This document shows positions 52,801 through 61,791 of a stretch of DNA of 64,000 nucleotides, in pieces. Within the stretch, counting starts at the first letter, position 1; every line of letters begins with the position of its first letter. The notes under the pieces are model-generated. The model did no database searches. It saw only the letters and a list, made by a program, of their open reading frames with translations, and was not told the DNA's origin. The position numbers and the translations under genes were made by a program. Location of the stretch: positions 538-64,537 of the forward strand of contig CAVPJF010000033.1 in NCBI GenBank assembly GCA_963705185.1, read 5' to 3'. The stretch is from an uncultured Bacteroidales bacterium (GTDB lineage Bacteria; Bacteroidota; Bacteroidia; Bacteroidales; JAADJA01).

Positions 52801-54105
52801 TTGAAAAATTCCATTAATATTTTCTGGTTTCGCCGCGACCTGCGGCTGGATGATAATGCCGGACTATACCATGCGTTGAAATCCGGGGTGCCGGTTTTAC
52901 CGGTTTTTATCTTCGATACGAATATTTTAAATGAGTTGGAAAATAATGATCCGAGGGTGACATTCATATTCGAAGGACTTAAAAAGATTAATGAAAAGTT
53001 AAAAAGTTTTGGGAGTCGCTTAATAGTAAAGCATGGCGAACCTCTTTCAGTTTGGAAAATCATTGTCGATGAATACAACATTTCGGAAGTTTATACCAAC
53101 CATGATTATGAGCCCTATTCAATTAAGAGGGACCAGCAAATATTCGACTTTCTCCAAATCCAGAAAATAAGTTTTCGAACATTTAAGGACCACCTGATCT
53201 TTGAAAAAGATGAGGTAATAAAGGAGGATGGCAAGCCCTATACGGTTTACACACCTTATATGAATAAGTGGATGTCCAGACTGTCCGAAAGCCCTGTTCA
53301 AATTTTTGATACAGCAAGGTATTATAAAAACTTTATTCAATTGCCCTGGTCGGAAATTCCTGAACTTAGGCAAATCGGATTTTTTAAAAGTGATATAAGT
53401 ATTCCAGATGCACGACTGGAGAACGACAGGATTGACAAAGTACGAACAAACAAGGAATTTTCCCTATTTATAGATGGAACTTCAATGGCAGGACCTCATT
53501 TGAGATTCGGGACGATCAGTATTCGGGAGCTAATAATAAAGGCAGATTCTTCTCCAAATAAAACCTTTTTAAAGGAACTTGTATGGCGGGAATTTTTCAT
53601 GCAGATACTTTTTCACTTTCCCAAAGTTGTCAGAGAAAGTTTCAAACCTGCTTATGATAAAATTGCATGGGTCAACAATGAAGATCATTTTCATAAATGG
53701 TGCGAGGGAAAAACCGGTTATCCTATGGTGGATGCCGGAATGAGGGAATTAAATACTACTGGTTTTATGCACAACCGGGTTCGGATGGTGGTGGCAAGTT
53801 TTCTATGTAAACATTTACTTATCGACTGGCGCTGGGGCGAAGCATATTTTGCCAGGAAATTGCTGGATTATGAATTATCATCCAACAACGGAAACTGGCA
53901 GTGGGCTGCCGGAACAGGGTGTGATGCTGCTCCATACTTCAGGGTTTTTAATCCGGCTGAGCAACAAAAAAAATTTGACACGGATAGCTTATACATTATG
54001 AAATGGGTTCCGGAGATTAATACCGGAGATTATCCTGACACAATCGTTGATCATAAATTTGGCCGTATCAGGGCTATTCAAGCTTACAAAGAGGCTTTAA
54101 AATAA
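52801..54105 (+). CDS. phr: Deoxyribodipyrimidine photolyase / cryptochrome family protein (TTG start)
   Basis: The sequence reads IFWFRRDLRLDDN..L, with TGYPMVDAGMREL..TGFMHNRVRM and NNGNWQWAAGTGCDAAPYFRVFNP. Confidence 0.9.
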   Translation: MKNSINIFWFRRDLRLDDNAGLYHALKSGVPVLPVFIFDTNILNELENNDPRVTFIFEGLKKINEKLKSFGSRLIVKHGEPLSVWKIIVDEYNISEVYTNHDYEPYSIKRDQQIFDFLQIQKISFRTFKDHLIFEKDEVIKEDGKPYTVYTPYMNKWMSRLSESPVQIFDTARYYKNFIQLPWSEIPELRQIGFFKSDISIPDARLENDRIDKVRTNKEFSLFIDGTSMAGPHLRFGTISIRELIIKADSSPNKTFLKELVWREFFMQILFHFPKVVRESFKPAYDKIAWVNNEDHFHKWCEGKTGYPMVDAGMRELNTTGFMHNRVRMVVASFLCKHLLIDWRWGEAYFARKLLDYELSSNNGNWQWAAGTGCDAAPYFRVFNPAEQQKKFDTDSLYIMKWVPEINTGDYPDTIVDHKFGRIRAIQAYKEALK

Positions 54106-54180
54106 TTGGTTTTAGTTTATTTGGAAGGGGAAGCAGGTTGTTTTTCAAAGTAGAAAGGAAAAACACTGAATCCCGTAATT

Positions 54181-54764
54181 TCATCCTTCAACTTCCATAA
54201 TAAGTTGTTGATACCATTGTTCACCAAACTTCCTGATTAACGGGTCCTTCAGAAATTTATAAAGTGGTAAATTTAACTCTTTTCCTTTTGAACATGCCGG
54301 CTGGCAGATTGCCATTTATGATAATTTACGGCTTCGGAATTGGCGTACTTCTTTATTCTGATCGGGTAAAGATGGCATGAAAGGGGTTTTCTGAATCCAA
54401 TTTTCTTTTCTTCATAGGCCTTTTCGATGGCGCATCGGGCAATATCTTTTTCGTAATAAACAAAAGCACAATCTTTATCGGCAATAAGCGGTGTTACATA
54501 TTCGCCATGCATATCGTAATCAAATACTCCAGATTTTTCAACTACACTGATTCCGTCCTGGCTGCATATAGGGCTTTATCCTGTCAATGTAATCTTCAAG
54601 TTCCGAAATTTCTTCTTCACAAGAGGTGCACCTGCATCCCCTTCAACACAGCAGGCGCCTTTGCACTTTTCCAGGTTGCAGCAAAACCGGATGTCCCGTA
54701 TTTCTTCAGAAATAATTGTATTATCAATGACAATCATCGGAACAAAAATAATTTTTTCCATCAT
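54181..54764 (-). pseudogene. DUF3109 family protein (Cys-rich, CxxCxxCC); at least 3 frameshifts as assembled
   Basis: Readable segments are FCCNLEKCKGACCVEGDAGAPL, YVTPLIADKDCAFVYYEKDIARCAIEKAYEEKKIGFRKPLSCHLYPIR and ...[35 protein letters not shown]. They are spread over three frames. Confidence 0.75.
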
Positions 54765-54770
54765 GAAAAT

Positions 54771-54805
54771 AAAAAAATCCTTCCCGTTTAGAGCGAAAAG
54801 GATTT
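54771..54805 (-). terminator. Rho-independent terminator after the dodecin gene
   Basis: The minus strand reads ATCCTTTTCGCTCTAAACGGGAAGGAT. The stem is ATCCTT/AAGGAT, followed by TTTTTTT. Confidence 0.6.
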
Positions 54806-54824
54806 TATAATCTGATGTTACCTA

Positions 54825-55037
54825 TTACCTTTCTCTGAATCTGAAAGATAATTTTACCTTTGTTCTGTAAGCTACAACCTTTCCTTCCTCTATTTTCATG
54901 TCCATGGCTGAAACTTCTGCAATACGAAGGTCTTCAAGAGTTTCGGCAGCTTTTTCTACAGCTTTTTTAGCGGCTTCTTCCCAGCTTTTTTCACTGGTAC
55001 CGATCACTTCGATAACTTTGTAAATACTATCGGGCAT
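54825..55037 (-). CDS. Dodecin family flavin-binding protein
   Basis: 70 aa: IYKVIEVIGTSEKSWEEAAKKAVEKAAETLEDLRIAEV...YRTKVKLSF. Confidence 0.85.
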   Translation of the reverse strand: MPDSIYKVIEVIGTSEKSWEEAAKKAVEKAAETLEDLRIAEVSAMDMKIEEGKVVAYRTKVKLSFRFRER

Positions 55038-55184
55038 CTTTTTATCCTCCTAATGTTTTATTAAACAATATTTATTTTTGATCTTGCCAAAGATACGAAA
55101 TTGAAAAGCCCAAATCAAGATTAGTATTCAATTTTATTATAAATTTAAAAACGATTAATTTTATCAGGCTGTAAAAAATAAATT

Positions 55185-56430
55185 ATGAAAATTGCTATCA
55201 TCGGTTTTGGCGCTGCAGCCATTGGTTTTATTGAGAAGAATTAAAAATGCAGGCCACGAAATCCACATCTTTGAAAAAAGCAAAGACATTTACTCCTCCA
55301 GCATTTCGGGCATACGTGCAGATGGAAAGTTGTTCGTTTCGAAAGAAATGGGCGGTGAACTGGATGTTGAACTTGATCTTCAGAAAAAATTAGTCGATTT
55401 CTGGATTGAGAAGACCGACAATGGAAAATATGAAAGAGGCAGCTCCTTTACCAATATGGATTATTATAAAAAGTTTTATGAAAAAGGATTCCAGCCGGTC
55501 ATTTCTGAATTTTACCACCTGGGAACGGACCAACTGAAAGAGGTTTTATTCAATATTTATGAGGAATACCGATCATTACCAAAAGTTCATTTTCATTTTG
55601 AAAAAGAAGTCAGCCGGATTGATGTTAAGGATAATAAAGTAGATATCGGTTTTGATAAGGATTTCGACAAGGTTATAGTAGCTATAGGACGAAGCGGACA
55701 TAAACTCATTAAGACCATCATTAATCAATATCCAAAATTAGTTCTGGATAGCACAAGGGTAGATATTGGCGTTCGCTTTGAACTTCCCAATCATATTGTG
55801 GAAGACCTGAACCGCGAGATGTATGAGTTTAAAGTAAAGTACAAGAGCAAGACCGGCTATATGGTTCGCACGTTCTGCAACAACCCTTCGGGTTATGTGG
55901 TGACAGAAAATTACGGCGATTTTACCACAGTGAACGGTCATGCAAAAATTAAACAAAAAAGTAAAAATACCAACTTTGCCATCTTGACCACGGTGCAGCT
56001 TACCGAACCTTTCAACGATCCCATAGGCTATGGTTCAAATATTGCCGGTCTGTCGAATATGCTTGGCGGAAACCGCGTTATTCTTCAAACCTACAGCCAT
56101 TTTGTGGATTCAAAAAGGACAAAAAACCTGTATCGGGTTTCGCCCACACTTCCGGCAGACAAATATATCCTGGGCGATATTAACCTTGCCTATCCAAGAA
56201 GGATTATCGAGAGCATTATTGACTTTGCCGAAAATCTGAACAAGGTCATTCCCGGAATCACTCACCCTGATAATTTGGTTTATGCTCCTGAAATTAAGTT
56301 TTATACAAACACATTAAACAACCAGGAGTTTGACAATCTGAAATTTATTGGTGATTGTTCAGGATACACCCGTTCCATTATTTATGCCAGCGCTCACGGA
56401 TATTTAATGGCAAAGGAACTTTTGAAATAA
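55185..56430 (+). pseudogene. FAD-dependent oxidoreductase (COG2509-like); 1 frameshift as assembled
   Basis: The ATG at 55185 gives the dinucleotide-binding start MKIAIIGFGAAAIGF, which stops after 19 codons. The frame resumes with KNAGHEIHIFEK...VAIGRSGH...GDCSGYTRSIIYASAHG. Confidence 0.7.
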
Positions 56431-56526
56431 AATGAGTAGGTAAAATAAATTTTTAATAAAATTCCAATACTTTTATCCCGTCAAATGTGTCTATGTGAAA
56501 AATTGAAAAGACAAGAAAAATATTAA

Positions 56527-56651
56527 ACCACATAGGCACAATAGATACATAGGCAAACACATAGATCGCCATGCGATTATTACGAAAATATATAGATTAT
56601 CAATACAATGTTTAGCTATGTGAAGTCTATGACCCTATGTGACTATGTGGT
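56527..56651. repeat. Imperfect 125-nt hairpin element built from CATAG/CTATG short-period repeats
   Basis: The left arm is CCACATAGGCACAATAGATACATAGGCAAACACATAG. The reverse complement of the right arm is CCACATAGTCACATAGGGTCATAGACTTCACATAG. The central spacer contains the palindrome ATCGCCATGCGAT. Confidence 0.75.
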
Positions 56652-56714
56652 AAAATTGATCTACGAAATTTATTTAATGAATTAGAAATACATAATTTTA
56701 AACATTTACAACCA

Positions 56715-59700
56715 ATGAAGAATTTATCCCAATCAAAACAGAGATTTATCAGATTGTCCTTTGGTATGGCAATTATGCTGTCATGCGTGCTCTTATCAAA
56801 TAATCTTAGTGCCGGCAAAGGCAAAGATGCCGACAAGAAAAGCGACACCATCAAATCGGGTGATGTTAGCGGGTTGAAATTCCGCAGCATCGGGCCTGCT
56901 TTTACCTCGGGAAGGATTGCTGATTTTGCAGTCAATCCAAAAAACCACAGCGAGTATTATGTGGCAGTGGCATCAGGGCATATCTGGAAAACCGTAAACA
57001 ACGGAACCACATTTGAACCGGTTTTTGACAACTATGGCGCATATGCCATCGGCTGCCTGGCCATGGATCCGAAAAATTCAAATGTTGTCTGGGCCGGGAC
57101 CGGCGAAAATAATCACCAGCGTGCACTTGGTTATGGTGATGGCGTTTATAAAACCACCGACGGTGGCAAATCATGGAAAAACATGGGACTTGAAAGAATC
57201 ACGCCAGATCGGGATGATTGCGATCGATCCTCGAAATACTGATATCGTTTTTGTGGCTGCTGAAGGATCTGTTTGGGGACCCGGTGGAGATCGCGGATTG
57301 TATAAAACCATCGACGGAGGAAAAACCTGGGAGAAGGTTTTGAATATTTCGGAGCATACCGGCGTAAACAATGTGATCATGCATCCCTGCAACCCGGATA
57401 TCATGTTTGCTACCTCTGAGCAGAGAAGAAGGCATGTTCATACGAAAATAGGTGGGGGGCCTGAAACAGCAGTGTATAAATCGGAAGACGGGGGAAAGAA
57501 CTGGCGCAAGCTCGAATCCGGAATTCCCGGTGTGGATAAAGGTGGTATGGGTATTGCAATTTCGCCGGTCGATCCGAATATCGTTTATGCCATCATTGAG
57601 GCAGCTCTAGATAATAGCGGATTTTACAGGTCAACGGACCTGGGTGAATCGTGGTCAAAGATGAGCGATCATTCGGATGCCGGGCAATATTATAACGAAA
57701 TATATTGCGACCCTGTGAATGCCCATAAAGTCTATTCAATGGAAACGGTTTCGTCTTTTACAGAAGATGGCGGCAAAACATGGAAATCAGTTGGCAACAA
57801 CGATAGGCATGTTGACGATCATGCTTTCTGGATTGATCCATCCGATGTAAAGCATTTTATGATTGGCGGTGATGGTGGAATATATGAAACCTTTGACCAG
57901 GGTGCAACTTATATTCACAAAACCAACCTTCCAGTAACTCAGTTCTATAGGGTTGCAGTTGATAATACTGAACCTTTTTACTGGGTTTATGGCGGAACAC
58001 AGGACAACAGCAGCTTCGGAGGTCCTTCACGGAACATCAATACCGACGGGGTTTCTAGTTCCGAATGGGTGACAACATTAGGTGGCGATGGATTCTTTCA
58101 GGCTATCGAGCCCACCAATCCAGATATTGTATACTCTGCTTACCAGTATGGCAACATTTACCGTTATGATAAGAAGAGTGGTGAAGCAATCAACATCAAA
58201 CCACAACCCAGAAAAGGGGAGGAGACCTACAAATGGAATTGGAATACGCCTTATATGCTCAGCCCGCATTCGCCTACCAGGCTTTACATGGGCGCCAACA
58301 AGATATTCAGGAGCGATGACCGCGGACAATCGTGGAAAGTGATAAGTGAAGATATTACTGCAAAAATCGACCGCAACACCTGGCCGGTGATGGATCAGTA
58401 CTGGAGCATTGATGCAGTGGCAAAGGATGTGTCAACTTCATTGTACGGAATGGCTGTTTCCATTGACGAATCAAAAGTTAAAGAAAATTTACTTTATATC
58501 GGAACTGACGATGGACTCATCCAGGTAACTGAAGATGCAGGCGGAAGCTGGAGAAAATGCGAATCCTTTCCGGGTATTCCTGCAAATACTTATGTCAGCG
58601 ATATTCTTGCTTCCAAATTTGATGAAAATATCGTTTATGCTTCTTTCGATAATATTTTGAGGGATGATTTCAAACCTTATATTTTGAAAAGCACTGACAA
58701 AGGCAAATCCTGGACCTCCATCGCAGGCAATCTTCCGGAAAAAGGAACGGTTCACACCATCCAGCAGGATTACATCAATCCCGAATTGTTATTTGTCGGT
58801 ACAGAGTTCGGTTGTTTCTTCACGGTGGATGGTGGAAAAATCTGGACACAATTAAAGTCGGGAATGCCCACAGTTTCGGTAAAAGATATTGCTATTCAGG
58901 AAAGGGAAAGCGACCTTGTTCTGGCAACCTTTGGTCGTGGATTTTATATTTTGGATGACTATTCACCATTACGCAAACTTAACAAACAGCTGATGGATTC
59001 CACAGCCTTTATCTTTCCGGTTAAAGATGCATTGATGTACGTTCAAAAATACCGTGGCGGATATGGCAGCGGATCGAATGTTTATATTGCAGAAAATCCG
59101 GCATTCGGAGCCACTTTTTCCTATTACATAAAGGAATCTCCCAAAACATTGAAGGACCAGCGCCATGAAAAAGAAAAGGAACTGGCGAAGGACAAAAAGC
59201 CCATTCCAACGCCGACGATGGATGAGCTGAGGGCAGAGAAGAATGAAGTGGAACCACACCTGGTATTTACCATTAAGGATGAAACGGGTGAAATCGTGAG
59301 AAAACTGACAAAAGGCATCAGCGAAGGAATAAACAGACTGAACTGGAATTTGCGTTATCCTTCCACCTCACCAGTCAAAGTGGAAGAGAAATTCGATCCA
59401 ATGGACATGGGTGGCGACGGCACATTTGTTCTGCCGGGAAAATATACCATTTCGATGTCGCAGGTAGTGAGGGGTGAAACCAAAGAACTGGTTGGCCCGG
59501 TTGAATTCATAGTTAAACCATTGAATAATACCACCCTGCCAGCCGAAAACAGGGCTGAACTCGTGGCTTTCCAGCAGAAGCTTGCCGAATTGGGAAGGGT
59601 TGTCAGAGGCGCTGAAGATTTCGCCTATGACCTGATGGATAGGATAAAGAGTGACAAGCAGGTGGCCCAGCGGACTCCGGAAGCAGGATCGGATCTGATG

Positions 59701-60031
59701 AAAAAGATCGAAGAAATAGAAACACAAATGGATAACATTCTCTGGAAATTCAACGGACAGGAAGCAAGGGCAAGCCAGGAAGAGAACTGGCCGGCCATAC
59801 CATCCATCAACGACAGGCTTTACTCGATCATATTTACACATTATAGTTCAACTGCCGGAGTGACACAAACCCAGCGCGATGTATATGAAATCCTGAAAGA
59901 GGAGTTTCCGCCGGTTCTGAATGAAATGAAGGAAATTTATGAAGGTGAAGCTCCCGGCTATTGAAAAAGAGCTTGAAAATATCGGAGCGCCATTGACACC
60001 CGGAAGGTTACCGGAATGGAAGATTGAGTAA
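56715..60031 (+). pseudogene. BNR/Asp-box (sortilin/VPS10-like) beta-propeller protein, about 1100 aa; 2 frameshifts as assembled
   Basis: It is a paralogue of 42784..45877, with KTVNNGTTF, KTTDGGKSW, KTIDGGKTW, SEDGGKNW, TEDGGKTW, SDDRGQSW, STDKGKSW and TVDGGKIW. Breaks lie near 57190 and 59950. The tail VKLPAIEKELENIGAPLTPGRLPEWKIE ends at 60031. Confidence 0.8.
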
Positions 60032-60066
60032 TTTGATTCATTAATTTGAAGGGTATAATTGGATTT

Positions 60067-60097
60067 AATTCCCCCTTTGAAGGGGGCAGGGGGATGT
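60067..60097 (-). repeat. Left (inverted) copy of the G/C-run hairpin repeat
   Basis: The sequence is AATTCCCCCTTTGAAGGGGGCAGGGGGATGT. Its reverse complement is ACATCCCCCTGCCCCCTTCAAAGGGGGAATT. Confidence 0.85.
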
Positions 60098-60108
60098 AAC
60101 TAATATTT

Positions 60109-60483
60109 ATGGTGAAAAATGTTATTATTCCATATAACCCGAAGTTAAAGCAATTTGCGAGGTATTTAAGAAACAACAGTACCTTATCCGAAATTCTTTT
60201 ATGGAAACAAATTAAAAATAAAGCTTTAGGCGTTGAATTTCATCGTCAGGTACCCATTGATGAATTTATTGTGGATTTTTATTGCCATGAGCTAATGCTG
60301 GCAATTGAAATTGATGGGATCAGCCATGATTATAAGTATGAAAATGATTTGAGAAGGCAGGGCAGACTTGAAGATCTTGGAGTTCATTTTATCAGATTTG
60401 ATGATCAGGAAGTAAAAAATAACATGTTCAGTGTACTTTTGCAAATTCAGCAAAAAATTGAAGAGATTGAAAAATCAAAATAA
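60109..60483 (+). CDS. DUF559 (Vsr/restriction-endonuclease-like) domain protein
   Basis: 124 aa. The sequence reads AR.LR.N.T..E..LW...K......FHRQ.PI..FIVDFYC.EL.LAIEIDG..H.......D..R...L...G..FIRF. Confidence 0.85.
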   Translation: MVKNVIIPYNPKLKQFARYLRNNSTLSEILLWKQIKNKALGVEFHRQVPIDEFIVDFYCHELMLAIEIDGISHDYKYENDLRRQGRLEDLGVHFIRFDDQEVKNNMFSVLLQIQQKIEEIEKSK

Positions 60484-60554
60484 CATCCCCCCAGCCCCCT
60501 TCAAAGGGGGAGTGAAGAACATCCCCCCAACCCCCTTCAAAGGGGGAGTGAGGA
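60483..60554 (+). repeat. Two tandem 36-nt copies of the G/C-run hairpin repeat
   Basis: The copies are AACATCCCCCCAGCCCCCTTCAAAGGGGGAGTGAAG and AACATCCCCCCAACCCCCTTCAAAGGGGGAGTGAGG. Each contains the hairpin CCCCCTT-ca-AAGGGGG. Confidence 0.9.
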
Positions 60555-61754
60555 CAGGAAATTCAATAATTATTTGGATAACTATTTTAATCGCTTTTGG
60601 TCAATGGAGTTGCAGTATTGCGCAGGAATCCAAAGAAAAGGTCATTGTTGGTGCCGAAAGAACATACACTTACTTTAAGGATTTAAAAGGGAAGAGAATC
60701 GGTGTGGTTTCAAACCAGACCTCACTTATTGGAACAACGCATATCGTCGATAGCCTCATTCATGCAGGCTTCAATGTGGTGAAAGCATTTGGACCTGAAC
60801 ATGGGTTCAGGGGAAGTGCAGGAGCGGGAGAAGAAATTGATAGTAACATTGATGCAAAGACCGGTATTCCTGTAATTTCGCTTTACGGGAAAAAAAAGAA
60901 GCCGACTCCGGAGGATTTTTCAGGGATCGATCTCATGATCTTCGATATTCAGGATGTCGGCGCAAGGTTCTATACTTATATTTCGACCCTGACTTATGTG
61001 ATGGAAGCTTGTGCGGAAAACAACATTCCGTTGATTGTTCTTGACCGTCCAAATCCCCATGGCGATTATGTGGATGGCCCTGTGCTTGATCCTGCTTTTT
61101 CATCTTTTGTCGGGTTGCATCCTGTTCCGGTTGTTTACGGCATGACGATTGGGGAATATGCCTAGAATGATAATCGGTGAGCATTGGCTGAAGGACAGTA
61201 TATCAATTGTGATCTGAAGATTGTAAGTTGTGAAAACTACGATCATAAACACGATCTATGAATTGCCGGTTCCTCCTTCTCCAAATTTACCCAACAATAC
61301 TGCCATCCAGCTTTATCCCTCGCTTTGCTTTTTTGAAGGGACGATCATCAGTGTTGGGCGGGGTACGGATTACCCTTTCCAGGTTATCGGCCATCCGGAT
61401 TTTTTGGTTGGAAGTTATGATTTTGTCCCCAGAGATATTCCCGGAAAGGCAATGGATCCGCCGTATGAAGGAATTCATTGTTATGGACACTCATTTGTTG
61501 GATATGCTGAAAATGTTCAGGATACCGATTCGGAAATTGAACCTGTTTTATTTGCTGGAAATGTATAAGGTTTTTAGGCAAAAGCAAAGATTATTTCAAT
61601 CCTTTCTTTGATAAACTGGCCGGGATCAGACAAGTTGCGCAATCAAATTCTGCAGGGAATGACAGAGGAAGAGATCAGGCAGACCTGGCAAAAAGATATT
61701 CAGGCTTTTAAAGAGATCAGGAAAAAGTATTTACTTTACCCCGATTTTGAATAA
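60548..61754 (+). pseudogene. namZ: DUF1343 family exo-beta-N-acetylmuramidase (NamZ-like); at least 3 frameshifts as assembled
   Basis: The sequence reads RIGVVSNQTS...GPEHGFRG...DIQDVGARFYTYISTL...LDRPNP and VGRGTDYPFQ. The tail is FFDKLAGSDKLRNQI...YLLYPDFE. The only plausible start is a GTG at 60548, giving a lipoprotein-like leader (M)RTGNSIIIWITILIAFGQWSC. Confidence 0.7.
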
Positions 61755-61791
61755 TATTTCATTTGGTCGTTTTTATATCCTTAAAATTTTT

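Larger units (their letters stand above)
60067..60554 (+). mobile_element. Putative selfish cassette: DUF559 endonuclease gene bracketed by inverted G/C-run hairpin repeats
   Basis: The left repeat (60067-60097) is the reverse complement of two tandem right repeats (60483-60518 and 60519-60554). The ORF fills the interval. Mobility is an inference. Confidence 0.35.

Noticed and set aside
60483-60554. Possible CRISPR array (36-nt direct repeats); also the 14-nt array at 35658-35713
   Set aside because: The units are directly abutting with no spacers. There are only 2 copies (4 copies of a 14-mer at the other site), and no cas genes in the window.
60431-61165. 244-aa track ORF reading through the G/C-run repeats (…IPPAPFKGGVKNIPPTPFKGGVRT…)
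   Set aside because: The first 39 codons are just a translation of the DUF559 3' end and the two 36-nt repeats. The NamZ-like protein more plausibly starts at GTG 60548, which gives a lipoprotein-type leader.
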